DNA of 64,000 nucleotides. Origin: Octopus bimaculoides (lineage: Eukaryota). Below are positions 11,493 to 23,748 of the stretch, piece after piece. The stretch spans positions 54,035,840 through 54,099,839 of the forward strand of contig NC_068983.1 in the NCBI RefSeq assembly GCF_001194135.2, written 5' to 3'. The notes below the pieces were generated by a model. The model made no database searches. It had not been told where the DNA came from and worked only from the letters and a program-made list of their open reading frames with translations. The position numbers were made by a program, and so were the translations under genes. Numbering within the stretch: the stretch's first letter is position 1; every line of letters begins with the position of its first letter.

Positions 11493-13184
11493 CTCTCAAA
11501 TTATGTTTGAATTGGTCATAGAATTTGTCATTTTTAGATTACCAGATTGAAGTACAGACACTGACAAGGTTGACAGAACCATCGGATGTATTGGAGTCAC
11601 ACTGAATCCACTTGGCCCTGCTCTTATTGCTCCCCCCACCCCCACCTTATCTTCAGCAGTTGGTTTCTCACTGCAAAGACTCTCTAGTCTCATCCCTAGG
11701 CTGACCAAGTCCTGGCTTAGATATAATAGGAGACACTTGCCTAAGGTGTCACACAGTAGGACTGAACTAAAAACCACATTGCTGCAAAGCAAACATCCAA
11801 ACCACTCGGAATGTAGTACTTAGTTCTATAAAAGATGAAAAGCAGAGTTGAACTCAATCAGATTTTAACTCAGTTAAAATATTACATGACATATTGTCCT
11901 AATTTCTAATCAATCTGCCAATTCATCACTTAGATTAATTATAATTACAAGGGTATTTATCTACATTTCTTTTCTTCTTTCTCTTGCTCTTTATCTTATA
12001 TTTCTTCATTTATGTATTGGAATCCTATTAAACAGGATATGATAATGAAGTGGAACAATTCTTTTTTCGTTTTTTTATGAGATTGTCAGACAGATAAAAT
12101 TCCTGGCTTTGATATGTCTTCCAGTAGTCATATTGTCTTTCTGAGACTGACTTCATTAATTATGGTTGTGATTTAAACAAGTCACCTCTGTCTATATTCC
12201 ACCATCCATTTGCAGTAGAAGTAGGAGGCATAAATATATTTTAACCACTACTGCAGTGATTTTGTCATCCTTGCCATTTTTGTTATCATTGTCAGGCTAT
12301 ATCATTGTCACTATCAACATTATCATCACTATTGCTACCATCAGATGGTATCAGCATTATCACTGTTAGCACCATTAGGTAGCATCACCCTCACCACCAC
12401 TATCATCAGGTGGTGATTAAAATATATCGTTACCATAGGTGCAGGAATGGCTGCATGTATTATGTGGCCATGGGGGGGCGGGGAGCAGCGGCTCAAAAAA
12501 GTTTGGGAACCTAAACCATTTCAAATATTATTTCAGCAAGTTTAAAATGACTTCTTTTGTGCCATAAACCATTTACCATTTCTGTGGTACCTCCTGCTTA
12601 TCTTGATGCTCTTAGCATGTGCTAATTTTGCTTAATGGTTAATCCAGCAAAGAATATCACCATCAGATGGTGGTATTGTCATCAACCATTGAATACTGCT
12701 AAGAGCCATTTTAATGATGCGTCCTGCCCTAACTCTTTGAAACGCCAGTGTTAGAATGGTGACAGCTGATGAAGGAAATGTCCTCTATGTGGCCTGTGTG
12801 TTTTCTGTACTCTGTTTATCATTTTGTCTACGTTTTGTTTGCAACGTCCTGTACCCAGATATGCATATATATATATATATATACAAGTAGATGTAGGTAT
12901 GTACATACATGTATGTATATATGCATATACTCATTTATTATTTCTAATAAATATAGTCTGATAAGAAGAAACTGAAATTATTTTAACCTCAGCCCATTTC
13001 TTTTATTTAAATCTAGAATGACAATCTTTCTTTCTTTCTTTACTTTTCTCCTCGCTCTCCCACTCCCTCTCATATAATACAGCTCCTTCTCCTTTCTCAG
13101 CTTCATCTATCTCCTACTCATCATCACCACCATCACCACTTACAAGCTATTTCTGTTGTAAATGTTAGAAAGGGAGTAGACTGC

Positions 13185-13215
<31 letters not shown>

Positions 13216-14064
13216 GCTACACACTTTGTGTTCATTTTAGCTTCCTCCTTTTCTTTCTCCCCATTTTGTAAAACAGTCTGCTGTCTAAAAAAAAGAGTCT
13301 TATCTTCTTTTGTTCATCACAATCTGTCTGAAATTCACAAGAAGCCTGTTATTGTAAATGTTAATTACCTAAAAAGGCCAGCAATTTTCTGTAGGGGAGA
13401 GACACAGCCAGAGTAAACTGACGCCAGTGCAATGTGACACTAACATCATCAATGGTGTAAAGGATGAAAGAGGAAGTTGACCCTGGTAGCATTTCAAATC
13501 ACATAAACTCCAGAACAATAAAGCATTCAACCTATCTATATCCCTCCTTCTCTAAAGCCTCTTTCTCTCTTTCTCTCTCTCTGCCCCTCTCTCCACTTCT
13601 TCATCTCTTCTCTTCTGCCTCTCTCTTTAAGTTTTCTTTTTGTGACTGACTTCACTTTAACATTTATTTGGTGTCAAAATTTCAATTGCATCAATTCTAA
13701 CCTGGTCACTGACATGGTTCTATTATAAGATATAACAATGAAGTGGAACATTTTATTTTTATATCACTTTTTCTCCTTTTGAAGATCAATGACCTTGTAA
13801 CAAAGTTGACCCTGCAGAGATCTCAGAACCCAAATAGATAAATCCCGAGCACTGTATAACAATTAGCTTGGTAGTGTACTTGAAGGAGGTGCTCCAGCAT
13901 GGCTGAAGTTGTATAAGTGAAATCATTAAAAGAATAAAAAGAATGTGTGTGTTACTGACAGAGGCACAAACTGGTAATTCTCAAGAAATGAGAATAGATT
14001 ATTTAATCAACTTGAGTGTGTTGCTGTTTGTTTTGTTAATGAAAGAAGCCAAAAAAAAAAGAAA

Positions 14065-14478
14065 AACCAAAAAGTGGTAAGAAGCTTACTTCCCAACCAC
14101 ATGGTTCCAGGTTCAGTCCCACTGTATGGCACCTTGGACAAGTGTCTCTTATTATAGCCTCAGGCCAACCAAAGTTTTGTGATTGGATTTGATAGATGGA
14201 AACTGAAAGAAGCCCGTTTCGTATATATATGTATACATATATATATTTATGTGTGTCTTTGTGTCTGTGTTTGTTCTCCCACCATTGCTTGACAACCAAT
14301 GTTGGTGTGTTTACATCCCTGTAATTTAGCAGTTCAGCAAAAGAGACCAATGAATTAAGTACTAGACTTATGAAGAATAAGTCCTGGGGTCAATTTCTCT
14401 GATTGAAATGAAACCCTTTAAGGCTGTGCTCCAGCATGGCTGCAGTCAAATGACTGAAACAAAAATATAAGAATAAAA
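14065..14478 (+). mobile_element. SINE-A
   Basis: Same head, body and tail as 3757-4151. Confidence 0.88.
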
Positions 14479-15554
14479 AACAAAACAAAGTAGCTCAACT
14501 TGGGCAGATTTGAAATTTGAATGTAAAAGTGTAAAAAGATGAAATTTGTTTTATTCCTTTTCTTCTAACAAAATAATCAAAAGGGCATGAATCAAATTAT
14601 TTATATAAAATTTCCATTAAGAATTACCAATTTGTGTCCTTGCGACACCATCACAATCCATCTTCCTTGCTGGCAAAGATTACAGTTTGATACTATCTGA
14701 TGAGCCAGAAGATTACCTCGTGTTCCTCTGTCTACTTTGCCATAATAGTTTCTATGGCTGGATACCCTTCCTAATGCCAACAACTTTACAAGAAGTAGGT
14801 GCTTTTTACATGGTTTCAGCACATGTGAAGTTGTCATGCAGAGCCATGAAGAGCTCAAAGTGTCATCTGTAACTGAAGGACAATAGAGGCAAGAGAGTGC
14901 AATGGACCTGGACAGGATGATAAGAGAGATGGTAAAGTCTCTTGAACTTTTTTTCTTATTTTTGTTATTACACACAATCATATTTTGGCAACACATCGAA
15001 AATTTGTTCTAGCAGAGTTTCTTCTGTTTTCATAATCAGTAAAAATTGTACACCAAAGGAATAAGAACATACAATGTAAATTGCTAATTATGTTTTCTAC
15101 ATTTGACATTAAATACCTGCTCTTGCCAATTAAATCAATACCACTTTTTTGAAGTTTGAAATCAAATGCAGTGCAGATGGTTGCAACAGGATATCTTATA
15201 ATAATAATAATAATAATAAATTCATTACTATTTGGTAATGAGTTTTAATACCATGAAAGGTGAAATTAAGGTGATGAGGTGACTGAAGCATTAAATCAAA
15301 GAACCGGTTGTCTGAAATATCAGATTTTTTCCACTTATCACAGGAAAAAAACTTAGTCATAACCACTTATGTTATTAATCTTGTCAAGGCTGATTTTGCC
15401 TTTTATTCTTTTGGGGTCAATAAAGTACATATGGGTGATTACTAGAGTTAATGTAATCAACTTATCTCTCCCTCTAAGATTTCTGGTTTTGTGCCAGAAT
15501 TTGAAACCATTATTATTAAATTCATATCCTGCTGATGTTAGCCTTGGTTTTCCT

Positions 15555-15775
15555 TCCTCGAGGCTGGTGTCACATAAAAAGGACCTGTGCTGGTGTCATG
15601 TAAAAAGCACTCAGTACACTTTGTAAAGTGGTTGGCATAAGGAAGAGCATCAAGCCCTAGGAACCTTACTAAAACAGACAGTTGGTGTCTGGTGCAGCTC
15701 TCCAGCTTTTCAGCTCCTGTCAAACTGTCCGACCCATGCCAGCATGGAAGATAAATATTAAATAATGATGATTAG
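15555..15775 (+). mobile_element. RTE LINE 3' end
   Basis: AAAAAGCACTCAGTACAC...GGAAGAGCATC...CCATGCCAGCATGGAA...ATGATGAT tail. Confidence 0.75.
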
Positions 15776-15879
15776 GGTCAGTAAAATAAAGACCTGCTCA
15801 AGTACTTGGGTCAGTGGTACCAACTAACACCCTCCCAACAAAACTGCCAGTCTTGCACCTAAAACAGAAACAAATGTTA

Positions 15880-16560
15880 TTCTGGTTCTTCACATTCTGA
15901 GTTCAAATTTCACCAGTGTCAACTTTGCCTTTCATCCTTTTGGTGTATAAAGAAATCAAGTACCAGTCAAGTACTGAGGCCAATGTAATCAATTAGCCCA
16001 CTACCCCCAAAATTTCTGGCCTTGTGCCAACAGCTGAAAGGATTATTATTATTATTTGCATTGAAGTGGCAAACTAGCATTTCTTTCAGTTTTACATTTG
16101 GAGTTCAAATCTCACTGAGGCTAACTTTGCTTTCCATCCTTTCAGGGTTAATAAAATAAATATCAGAGCACTGGCATCAATCAAATCAACTGGCCCCATT
16201 CCCCAAAATTTCAAGCTTTGTGCCTTTAGTACATAGAATTATTCTGGCAGTAAGCTGGTCAGCATGTCTGGTGAAATGCTTTGTGGCATTTCTTCCAACT
16301 CTTTACATTCTGAGTTCAAATCCTGCTGAAGTCAACTTTGCTTTGATCTTTTGAGGTTGACAAAACAAATACCAGTCAAGCCCTGGAATTGATGTAAATA
16401 ACTCGCCCCTCTTTAAAATTGCTGGCCTTATGCAAGGATTTGAAACTTAAGGTGGCAAACTAGGAGAATCATTAGCACATCGGACAAAATGCTTTGGGAG
16501 TATTTCTTCTGCCTTCTACATTTTGAGTTCAAATGTTGCCAGGGTTGACTAGATAATTCC
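15880..16560 (+). mobile_element. Cluster of about four head-to-tail SINE-B copies or fragments
   Basis: TTCTGAGTTCAAAT...ACTTTGC(C/T)TT(T/C)CATCC recurs at ~15895, 16105, 16310 and 16525, all on the plus strand. Confidence 0.8.
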
Positions 16561-16618
16561 TCAAGGGATGAAAACTAATGGTCAGGGTGAGAACATCTTT
16601 AATCATAAATCTACTTAA

Positions 16619-16911
16619 CCCATAAACTGTGATAGGCCACCTCAGTGGCCAACGCAACAGTGCGATAAGCCAACGCGACAGTGCGACAGGCCACGTGCGT
16701 GGCCACGGAAGTAGGATATGATCTGACCTAATTTTGATGACGTGTAATGTATGCACACGATACCCTTTCACCCCAGAAACAGTGTAGCCAATCACAGAAG
16801 GTGTTAAGAAACATTGAGTATTTTTTTCAAGTGATAGATCGATGTTGACCTTTACCCAAAATAGGCTCAGCAGTTTGTGTTACATACAGCAAAACCCCAG
16901 CAGTTTATGGG
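16619..16911. mobile_element. piggyBac-type MITE (family 3), young
   Basis: TTAA|CCCATAAACTG ... CAGTTTATGGG|TTAA, perfect 11-bp TIR. CpG-rich interior with subterminal repeats GCCAACGC(A/G)ACAGTGCGA x2. Confidence 0.92.
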
Positions 16912-17046
16912 TTAATCAGGCCTGACTTGGGACTAAATAACTTCTAAAAGATTACAACACCATATTCAGTATTTAGTTTGGTTTCTGGTTGCTTGGTTGT
17001 CTTTTTGGTACATCACTGACACTTCACTGTTTCCAGTTGAACATTT

Positions 17047-17118
17047 GATTGCCTCACTGCTTGGTGTCACCTTGCTGCTTGAGGTTGCTTTGCCACTTGG
17101 GGTTGCCTTGCTGCTTGG
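17047..17118. repeat. Four degenerate 18-nt tandem repeats
   Basis: GATTGCCTCACTGCTTGG / TGTCACCTTGCTGCTTGA / GGTTGCTTTGCCACTTGG / GGTTGCCTTGCTGCTTGG. Confidence 0.8.
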
Positions 17119-18294
17119 TACATCCTTGTACCTCATCGTTTTCAGTAAAATGTTTTTCTCGTGTGACTTCATTTATTATAATTCCAGAGTTCGTTAAATG
17201 TCCATCAGTTATACATTAACATTCATTCAATTGTATTTTGAGCTTTGTTCTTTTTTTTTTTTTTAGTTTTCCCACTTTGCCGGGGAGGGAAGGGCATCAC
17301 CTGTGACCACTTATTTTCAACAATAACAAGTTTTGACACACATTAGTGTTTATAAAATCAGAGTTTGAGTCACAAAGAGAACTTTCTGCCAGCCTAAATC
17401 AGGCATTTTCAAGAAGTGGTCCACATGGGACATGGCTCATCTTCAAGTAGGCCACACTAGAAAGTTCTGAGGGCTGAGGTTTGCCTGTGATTGTTTTAAT
17501 TACTTCAACTGATTGAATGTTAAGTTGAAGACATAACACTGAAAACAAAATTTTGGTTAAGGCAAATACACTGCAGTTACCATTGAGACGCCTGTCAAGT
17601 TATCACTGAAAAGACAGGCAAAATTTTAATTTCTTATATCGATAAAAACTATAAAATGAAGACTATGGTATCTAAATCCAACTCCGTTTGTAATGTTATT
17701 CATTTAAACATTTAACCTTGTCTAAGTTCATGCATCAAATTTAACATTTATCTTTGTCTAACTAGGTTTATAAAATATGTGCCATGAATACACTTGAATT
17801 CAATGGTCTTATATCAAGACTAAATAGATAGTTTCTGTTATCTTTCATAACTGTTCATTGCTGTGATAATGAAATGAATTAATGAGTCATGCGAATATTT
17901 TTTTTTCTTTTTGCCTAATTTTCAATTTTTAATGATAAGCTTCTTGCAAACTGAGACCACCTCATGGATTTTATAATATTTTTTATTCATCTTCATTCCA
18001 TTTGCATATTCATTATATTTGAGAAAGACATGAATATCAAAATCCTGTGTATCTCTCCTTTCTCAAAAATAAGAGAATATTATTGGCTTCTCTGCATCAT
18101 TTCACATGCACATAACACAGAGGAACCAAGAATATTCATGAAAAGTTTGTGATAAACTCAATGGAGAGCTGAATAGCAGAAGGTCTTGAGAGAAGCCCTG
18201 CCAGCCTCATGCAAGTGTTTTGCCCTTTAACTCCTTACTCTTTAAGGGAACCAGAATGCATTCAGATTATGATTCCTAGTTGACTAATAATATT

Positions 18295-18490
18295 TCCTAT
18301 TATAGGAACAAAGCCTGAAATTTTAGTGGGAGGGGCCTAGTTGGTTACATTGACCCAAGCACTTGACTGCTACTTATTTTATCACCCATGGAAGGATGAA
18401 AGGCAAAGTTGACCTCAGTGGAATTTGAACTCAGAACATAGAGATGGACTAAGCATTTTGTTTTGCATGCAAACGATTTTGCCTTAGTTG
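18295..18490 (-). mobile_element. SINE-B (tail type 2)
   Basis: GGATGAAAGGCAAAGTTGACCTCAGTGGAATTTGAACTCAGAAC. Confidence 0.8.
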
Positions 18491-19526
18491 ACTATTTATT
18501 AATAATACAAGTGAAGCAGAATCAGTGCATGTGTTATCATTGGCATAATGACCCTCCCAAGGTACAACAAAATCTTTTTCAACATAATTTCACATAAAAA
18601 ATCTTGCAAACCAATATTAAAATGAAATGTTACATCTTAAGTCTAAGATAAAAGATATACAAAGAGACAGACAAAAGAAAAATTCTCACTGTAACAATTG
18701 TAGAGAATCTTAACGATAGACTTCTGTTACTGGCATTGAACTAGTTTTCCTGCATAACACAACAGCTGCTTCAGCTTGTAAGGGTTTTGTAGGTCAACTA
18801 GGCAGTGTGAAAATTAGTTCTGTGTTCATAGGCACCCCAAAGCAGATCTGATTCAGTTAATTGTTTACGAGACGTCCCTGCTAAGTATGTCAGCCTAACA
18901 CTCTCTGTCTTGTGTTTTTATCTGAGTATGTATGATGGTGAGTGTTACACATACACACACGGATGTGTATGTGGATTTGAGGGAGAGTGAGATGTGTATG
19001 TATATGTATGTGCACACAAATGTGTGTGTGTGTGTAAGCTGAGAAAGTGTGTATGGATATATGCGTACATACATCTATGCATGTGTACATATATTTGTGT
19101 GTGTGTTTGAGAGAGGGAAAGAGATACTATGAATGTGTGTGTATATATATGTATGCATATACATGTATACTTTGATGTGAGTATATGTCTGAATACATGT
19201 ATTCACATGTCTGCAGACATATATAAAATGCACACACACACTCACAAAGGCAAACCCACCTTTTAAATAATGTACAATAGGATTATACAAAAAAAAAAGA
19301 CAAAACTTATGTGAAACAACTTAAACATTAATTCTAGATAAATGTCCTACATTATTAATGAGACAATAGCTAACCACTTCATAATTGTTATAATCACAAC
19401 TTTATATAGATTTAATTACTGTCTGAGAATATATTAAAATGCTGTTGCGGTTAAATTACAGTAAAATAGTATTATCAATTATCTAGAGGCATGGTAGGAT
19501 TTGTATGTAGCATATCAGACCAAGTG

Positions 19527-19760
19527 AAGGTGCATGGCTTAGTGGTTAGGATGCTGGACTTGTGATTGTAAAATTGCAGTTTCAATTCCTGGACCTGGTG
19601 ATGTGTTGTGTTCTTGAGCAAGACATTTCATTTCATGTTGCTTCAGTCCATTCAATTATTAATTATGAGTAATCCAGTATCTTGTCGAGGGCAAGTGGCC
19701 CTATGCTCCTTACAAAGTAATGTGGACTATCCATGTAAGACTAAACAATTTGTGGTCTTT
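19527..19760 (+). mobile_element. tRNA-derived SINE (minor family)
   Basis: Head GGTGCATGGCTTAGTGGTTAGG...TTTCAATTCC, then TGTTGTGTTCTTGAGCAAGACA. Confidence 0.7.
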
Positions 19761-19929
19761 GGTTGCATTCCTTTATGCTGTGTGTTCAAGTCCTGCTGCT
19801 GTCAATGTTGTCCTTCAAAGAAGAAAAAATTGTCATTGTTTTAGTGTTGGAAAAAATGTCTCCTGGTATTTGGTTTAGCTTTTTATATTCTGAGTTCAAT
19901 TCCTACTGTGATTACTCATGGAGGCAGTG

Positions 19930-20222
19930 ACAGGTGACCAAGGCCTTTGGTGATATACCGTGCTTGTGTAGACCTGTCAAGCCAAGCGAGACCGTGCTCG
20001 TGGCTGATGCTGGTGTCAGGTCATTAGCACCCATGCTGATGGCACGTAAAAAACATCCACTACAATCTCAGAGTGGTTGGTGTTAGGAAGGGCATCCGGC
20101 TGTAGAAACCTTGCCAAATCAGATCAGAATCTGGTGCAGCCCCTGGCTTACCAGTTTTCAGTCAAACCATCCAGCCTGTGCTAGCATGGAAAGCAGATGT
20201 TAAATGATGATGGTGGTGGTGA
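19930..20222 (+). mobile_element. RTE LINE 3' end
   Basis: Last ORF codons, then GTGGTTGGTGTTAGGAAGGGCATCC...GATGTTAAATGATGATG. Confidence 0.82.
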
Positions 20223-21547
20223 TCCCTCTGAGGTTGATAAAAATTAGTATCAATCAACTACTGGGGACCCTGCAATTGATTGTCCCCTACCTGCACCCAA
20301 ATCCGTGGCCTCGTGCTAATATTTGAAACATTATTATTAAGGTGGTGCGCTGGCAGAGAATTGTTACTACATTCGACAAAATGTTTAGCAGCATTTATTT
20401 TGGCTCTTTATGTTCTTAGTTCAAATGCTGCTAAGGTTGACTTTTCCTGTCATCCTTTCAGGGTTGATAAGTATCAGCAGAGCACAATTGAACCCTTCCC
20501 TACAAAATTTCAGACCTAATTTCAGATATAATTGATTTACCCCTCCTTGAAACTTGCTGGCCTTGAGCCAAAATTTCTAACCAATAATTTATAGGATATT
20601 TTATGTAATTACAATGTGCTTGCAGATAATTTCAATTCAAATTTTTTTAAAGATATCCTCATGTAATTGAATACTATGTTATGCTGTGTAATATCAAATT
20701 AACTGAAAACAGAAATAAAAAAAATGTCGTTTAAGTTAACTACTAAAATAATTTGTTCAATTCTAGATAAAAAAATTAAATGAATTCAAATAATCAGTTT
20801 TATGAATGTTTCTAAAGAAAATATTCTGACCATTTTGAGGAAAATAAAACAACTCTGAGATGCCACTTAAACAAAAATTATTGGAATCAATATATAGTAA
20901 TTCCAGAAATGAGATTTGGTTCCTTCACAAAAACCAAATCTAAATGTATTATCTGGAAATTTGTAGGATTTCAGAATAAGCTGTTCAAAACCTTTTAACA
21001 TGTACAGATATGCACACACACACATCCACACACACATTTTTGAATTGGAATTCTTGAGATGAATGAATAATTTGAAAATCTTGTTGCAATCCTAGCAAGT
21101 TAAAATCCTTAGTAATAACATCGTTTGGCAATTTCATCAATACATTATCAATAGTTGAAATAATTCAATAGAATAGCACATTTTTATGTAGTAGATCGAT
21201 ATTGAAGACTTATTCATATAAGCTTTTAATTTGATAACTTTAAAATCAAATCCAGAGTAATAACTTCATATGATTTGTCAAAGCCTTTTGAATAATATTT
21301 CCCATCTTATTATGTATAATGTATTTGACAAAGTAATAGCAACAACTGGATTAATACATTCATAAATATGAGATTCTATGATAGCAGTGATTGCATTAGG
21401 ATCCGTATTATGGAAATTTATTTACAATGTCTTTAAAATTTAAAGGAATTTCATTACTCTTCAACTTAAAATATGTGATTTGCTTAAAATAATCCTATTT
21501 TCCTGAATATGAGTTGATAGACATACCAATTCTTGTAGCAGTGGCAA

Positions 21548-21801
21548 TGAAAAGTCTGTGGAGGGGGACTTCCTGGAAATGTCTGAGGGGAAACTTCCTG
21601 GAAAAGTCTGAGTTGAGGGGGACTTCATGGAAAAGTCAGAGTAAAAATGGAGAAATTTCCTTGAAAAGCTCAAAGGATGAAGGACTTCCTGGAAAAGTCC
21701 AAGGAGGGGGAGAGGATGGGACTGCCTGGAAAAGTCAGAGGAAGACTCCCTGGAAAAGTCTGAGGGTGTGTGAAAAGGGGAAACTTCTTCGAAAAGTTCA
21801 G
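21548..21801. repeat. Array of eight ACTTCCTGGAAAAGTC(T/A)GAG motifs with variable purine-rich spacers
   Basis: Units at ~21568, 21591, 21621, 21653, 21683, 21720, 21744 and 21781, plus a partial unit at 21548. Confidence 0.85.
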
Positions 21802-21957
21802 TCAACATGCATGCATGTGTGCACCCTCACATACACACAAACTTTTTGAACTTGAGGCTAGCAGGTACATTGAGGCAAATGAAGTAAGCTGACACAGTTT
21901 TGTCGGACATTCATTCTGCAAAGCTCTGACCAGGCTTGGAGTTACTGGTGCAGCAAT

Positions 21958-22131
21958 NNNNNNNNNNNNNNNNNNNNNNNNNNNNNNNNNNNNNNNNNNN
22001 NNNNNNNNNNNNNNNNNNNNNNNNNNNNNNNNNNNNNNNNNNNNNNNNNNNNNNNNNNNNNNNNNNNNNNNNNNNNNNNNNNNNNNNNNNNNNNNNNNNN
22101 NNNNNNNNNNNNNNNNNNNNNNNNNNNNNNN
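21958..22131. other. Assembly gap
   Basis: Run of N. Confidence 0.98.
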
Positions 22132-22359
22132 ATTGAAGCCACAGAGAAGGTCACTAGGTGGTTATGGATAAAGTGGGCAGACCAGTGGGTTGCTGGTACT
22201 GGGACACAAGCTGGGGCTTAATCAATTCCAGCTGGGTCAACTGGGCAAGGGGGTATCTGATGTTTAGAGATCCTATAATCACTAAGACCCCCAGAAACAT
22301 CACAGACACTGCATCACAGCATCTCTGAGATGTGTCTTGAAACTAAACTAATATATATA

Positions 22360-22715
22360 ATCATTTAGCATCCGTTTTCCATGCTGGCATGGGTTAGATG
22401 GTTTGACTAGAACTGACAAGCCAGAGAGCTGTACCATGTTCCAGTCTGATTTGGCTTGGTTTCTACAGCTGAATGCCCTTCCTAATGGCAACCACTCCAA
22501 GTGTGTAGTGGGTACCTTTTACATGTCCCTGGTACTGTCCACAACTATGATTTCACTTGACTTGATGAGTTTTCTCAAACACAGAAAATTGCCAAAGGTA
22601 TCAATTACTTGTCATTTCCTCTGTGAGACCCAACATCCAATGATCCTGCTTCATCACTTTGTCTCATGTCTTCCTGGGTCTACCTCTTCCACAAGTGATG
22701 ACTATGATGTCTCAC
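22360..22715 (-). mobile_element. RTE LINE 3' end including the C-terminus of the ORF
   Basis: Minus strand reads TCGRGRPRKT*DKVMKQD..LGLTEEMT..., typical of the RTE C-terminus, running directly into the GGAAGGGCAT(T/C)CAGCTGTAGAAAC...GATGAT 3' UTR. Confidence 0.85.
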
Positions 22716-22774
22716 TTCATAAAGGGAATGTAAAGTGAACTTGTGAAATTCCTTATTTTTATTAACAGAACTCC

Positions 22775-23000
22775 TTCAGTGAGCTAGCAGAAACGTTAGC
22801 ATGCCGGGTGAAATGCTTAATGGTATTTCATCTGCCATTATGTTCTGAGTTCAAATTCCGCCAAGGTCAACTTTGCCTTTCATCCTTTCGAGGTCGATAA
22901 ATTAAGTACCAGTTACGCACTGGAGTTGATGTAATCGACTTAATCCCTTTGTTTGTCCCCACTATGTTTAGCCCCTTGTGGGCAATAAAGAAATAAGAAC
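22775..23000 (+). mobile_element. SINE-B (tail type 1)
   Basis: Colinear with 11255-11492. Confidence 0.88.
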
Positions 23001-23504
23001 TCCTTCATTATGCACTATTCACAGGTACCTAATTACATAATACCTTCCATTGCTATCCTAAGCATTTCATAAATAGTAGCTGAGGTAGACTGTCCGAACA
23101 TAGGCTACCCTGTAATGGACAACAATACTGAGAAGGAAATTTGGTGACTTGCATGTTGATGCATGTTAGTCAACGCAGTGAAATGTGACCAATGTAATGC
23201 TGAGTGACTACTGAACTGTAGAGAAAGAACTGATGGGAAGTGGTGGTGTTGATCCTGTAAATTCACTATATATTGCTTACAAGAAATTATTTCACTGTCA
23301 TCACTTCTGATCGATTTACTTTCACTTTTTTTAAACCCTTTCACCTGTTTCTGTATCACATGCCTATCATGTGTAATACGCAGGACATATTTGCCTGGCA
23401 TCCACGCATCATGTATGATGACATTCATTCCCAACTTCTTTCAACAACCAGAGTAATTTGGGACTTATGGAAAGAAAGTTTTATATTACTCAGAAAACTA
23501 TTAC

Positions 23505-23745
23505 CAGTACTGCCTGACTGGCTCCCATGCAGGTAGCACGTGAAAAGCACCGTTTGAGCGTGGTTGATGCCAGTGCCACCTGACTGGTTCCATGCTAGTG
23601 GCACATAAAAATGTCAGTGCCGCCTGATTGGCCCTCGTGCCGGTAGCACATAAAAAGCACCCACTACACTCTGCTGAGTGGTTGGTGTTAGGAAGGGCAT
23701 CCAGCTGTAGAAAACTTGCCAGATCAGATTGGAGCCTGGCGCACC
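23505..23745 (+). mobile_element. RTE LINE 3' UTR fragment abutting the HERO fragment
   Basis: Internal GTGCC...TGACTGG repeats, then GGAAGGGCATCCAGCTGTAGAAAAC. Confidence 0.78.
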
Positions 23746-23748
23746 TCC

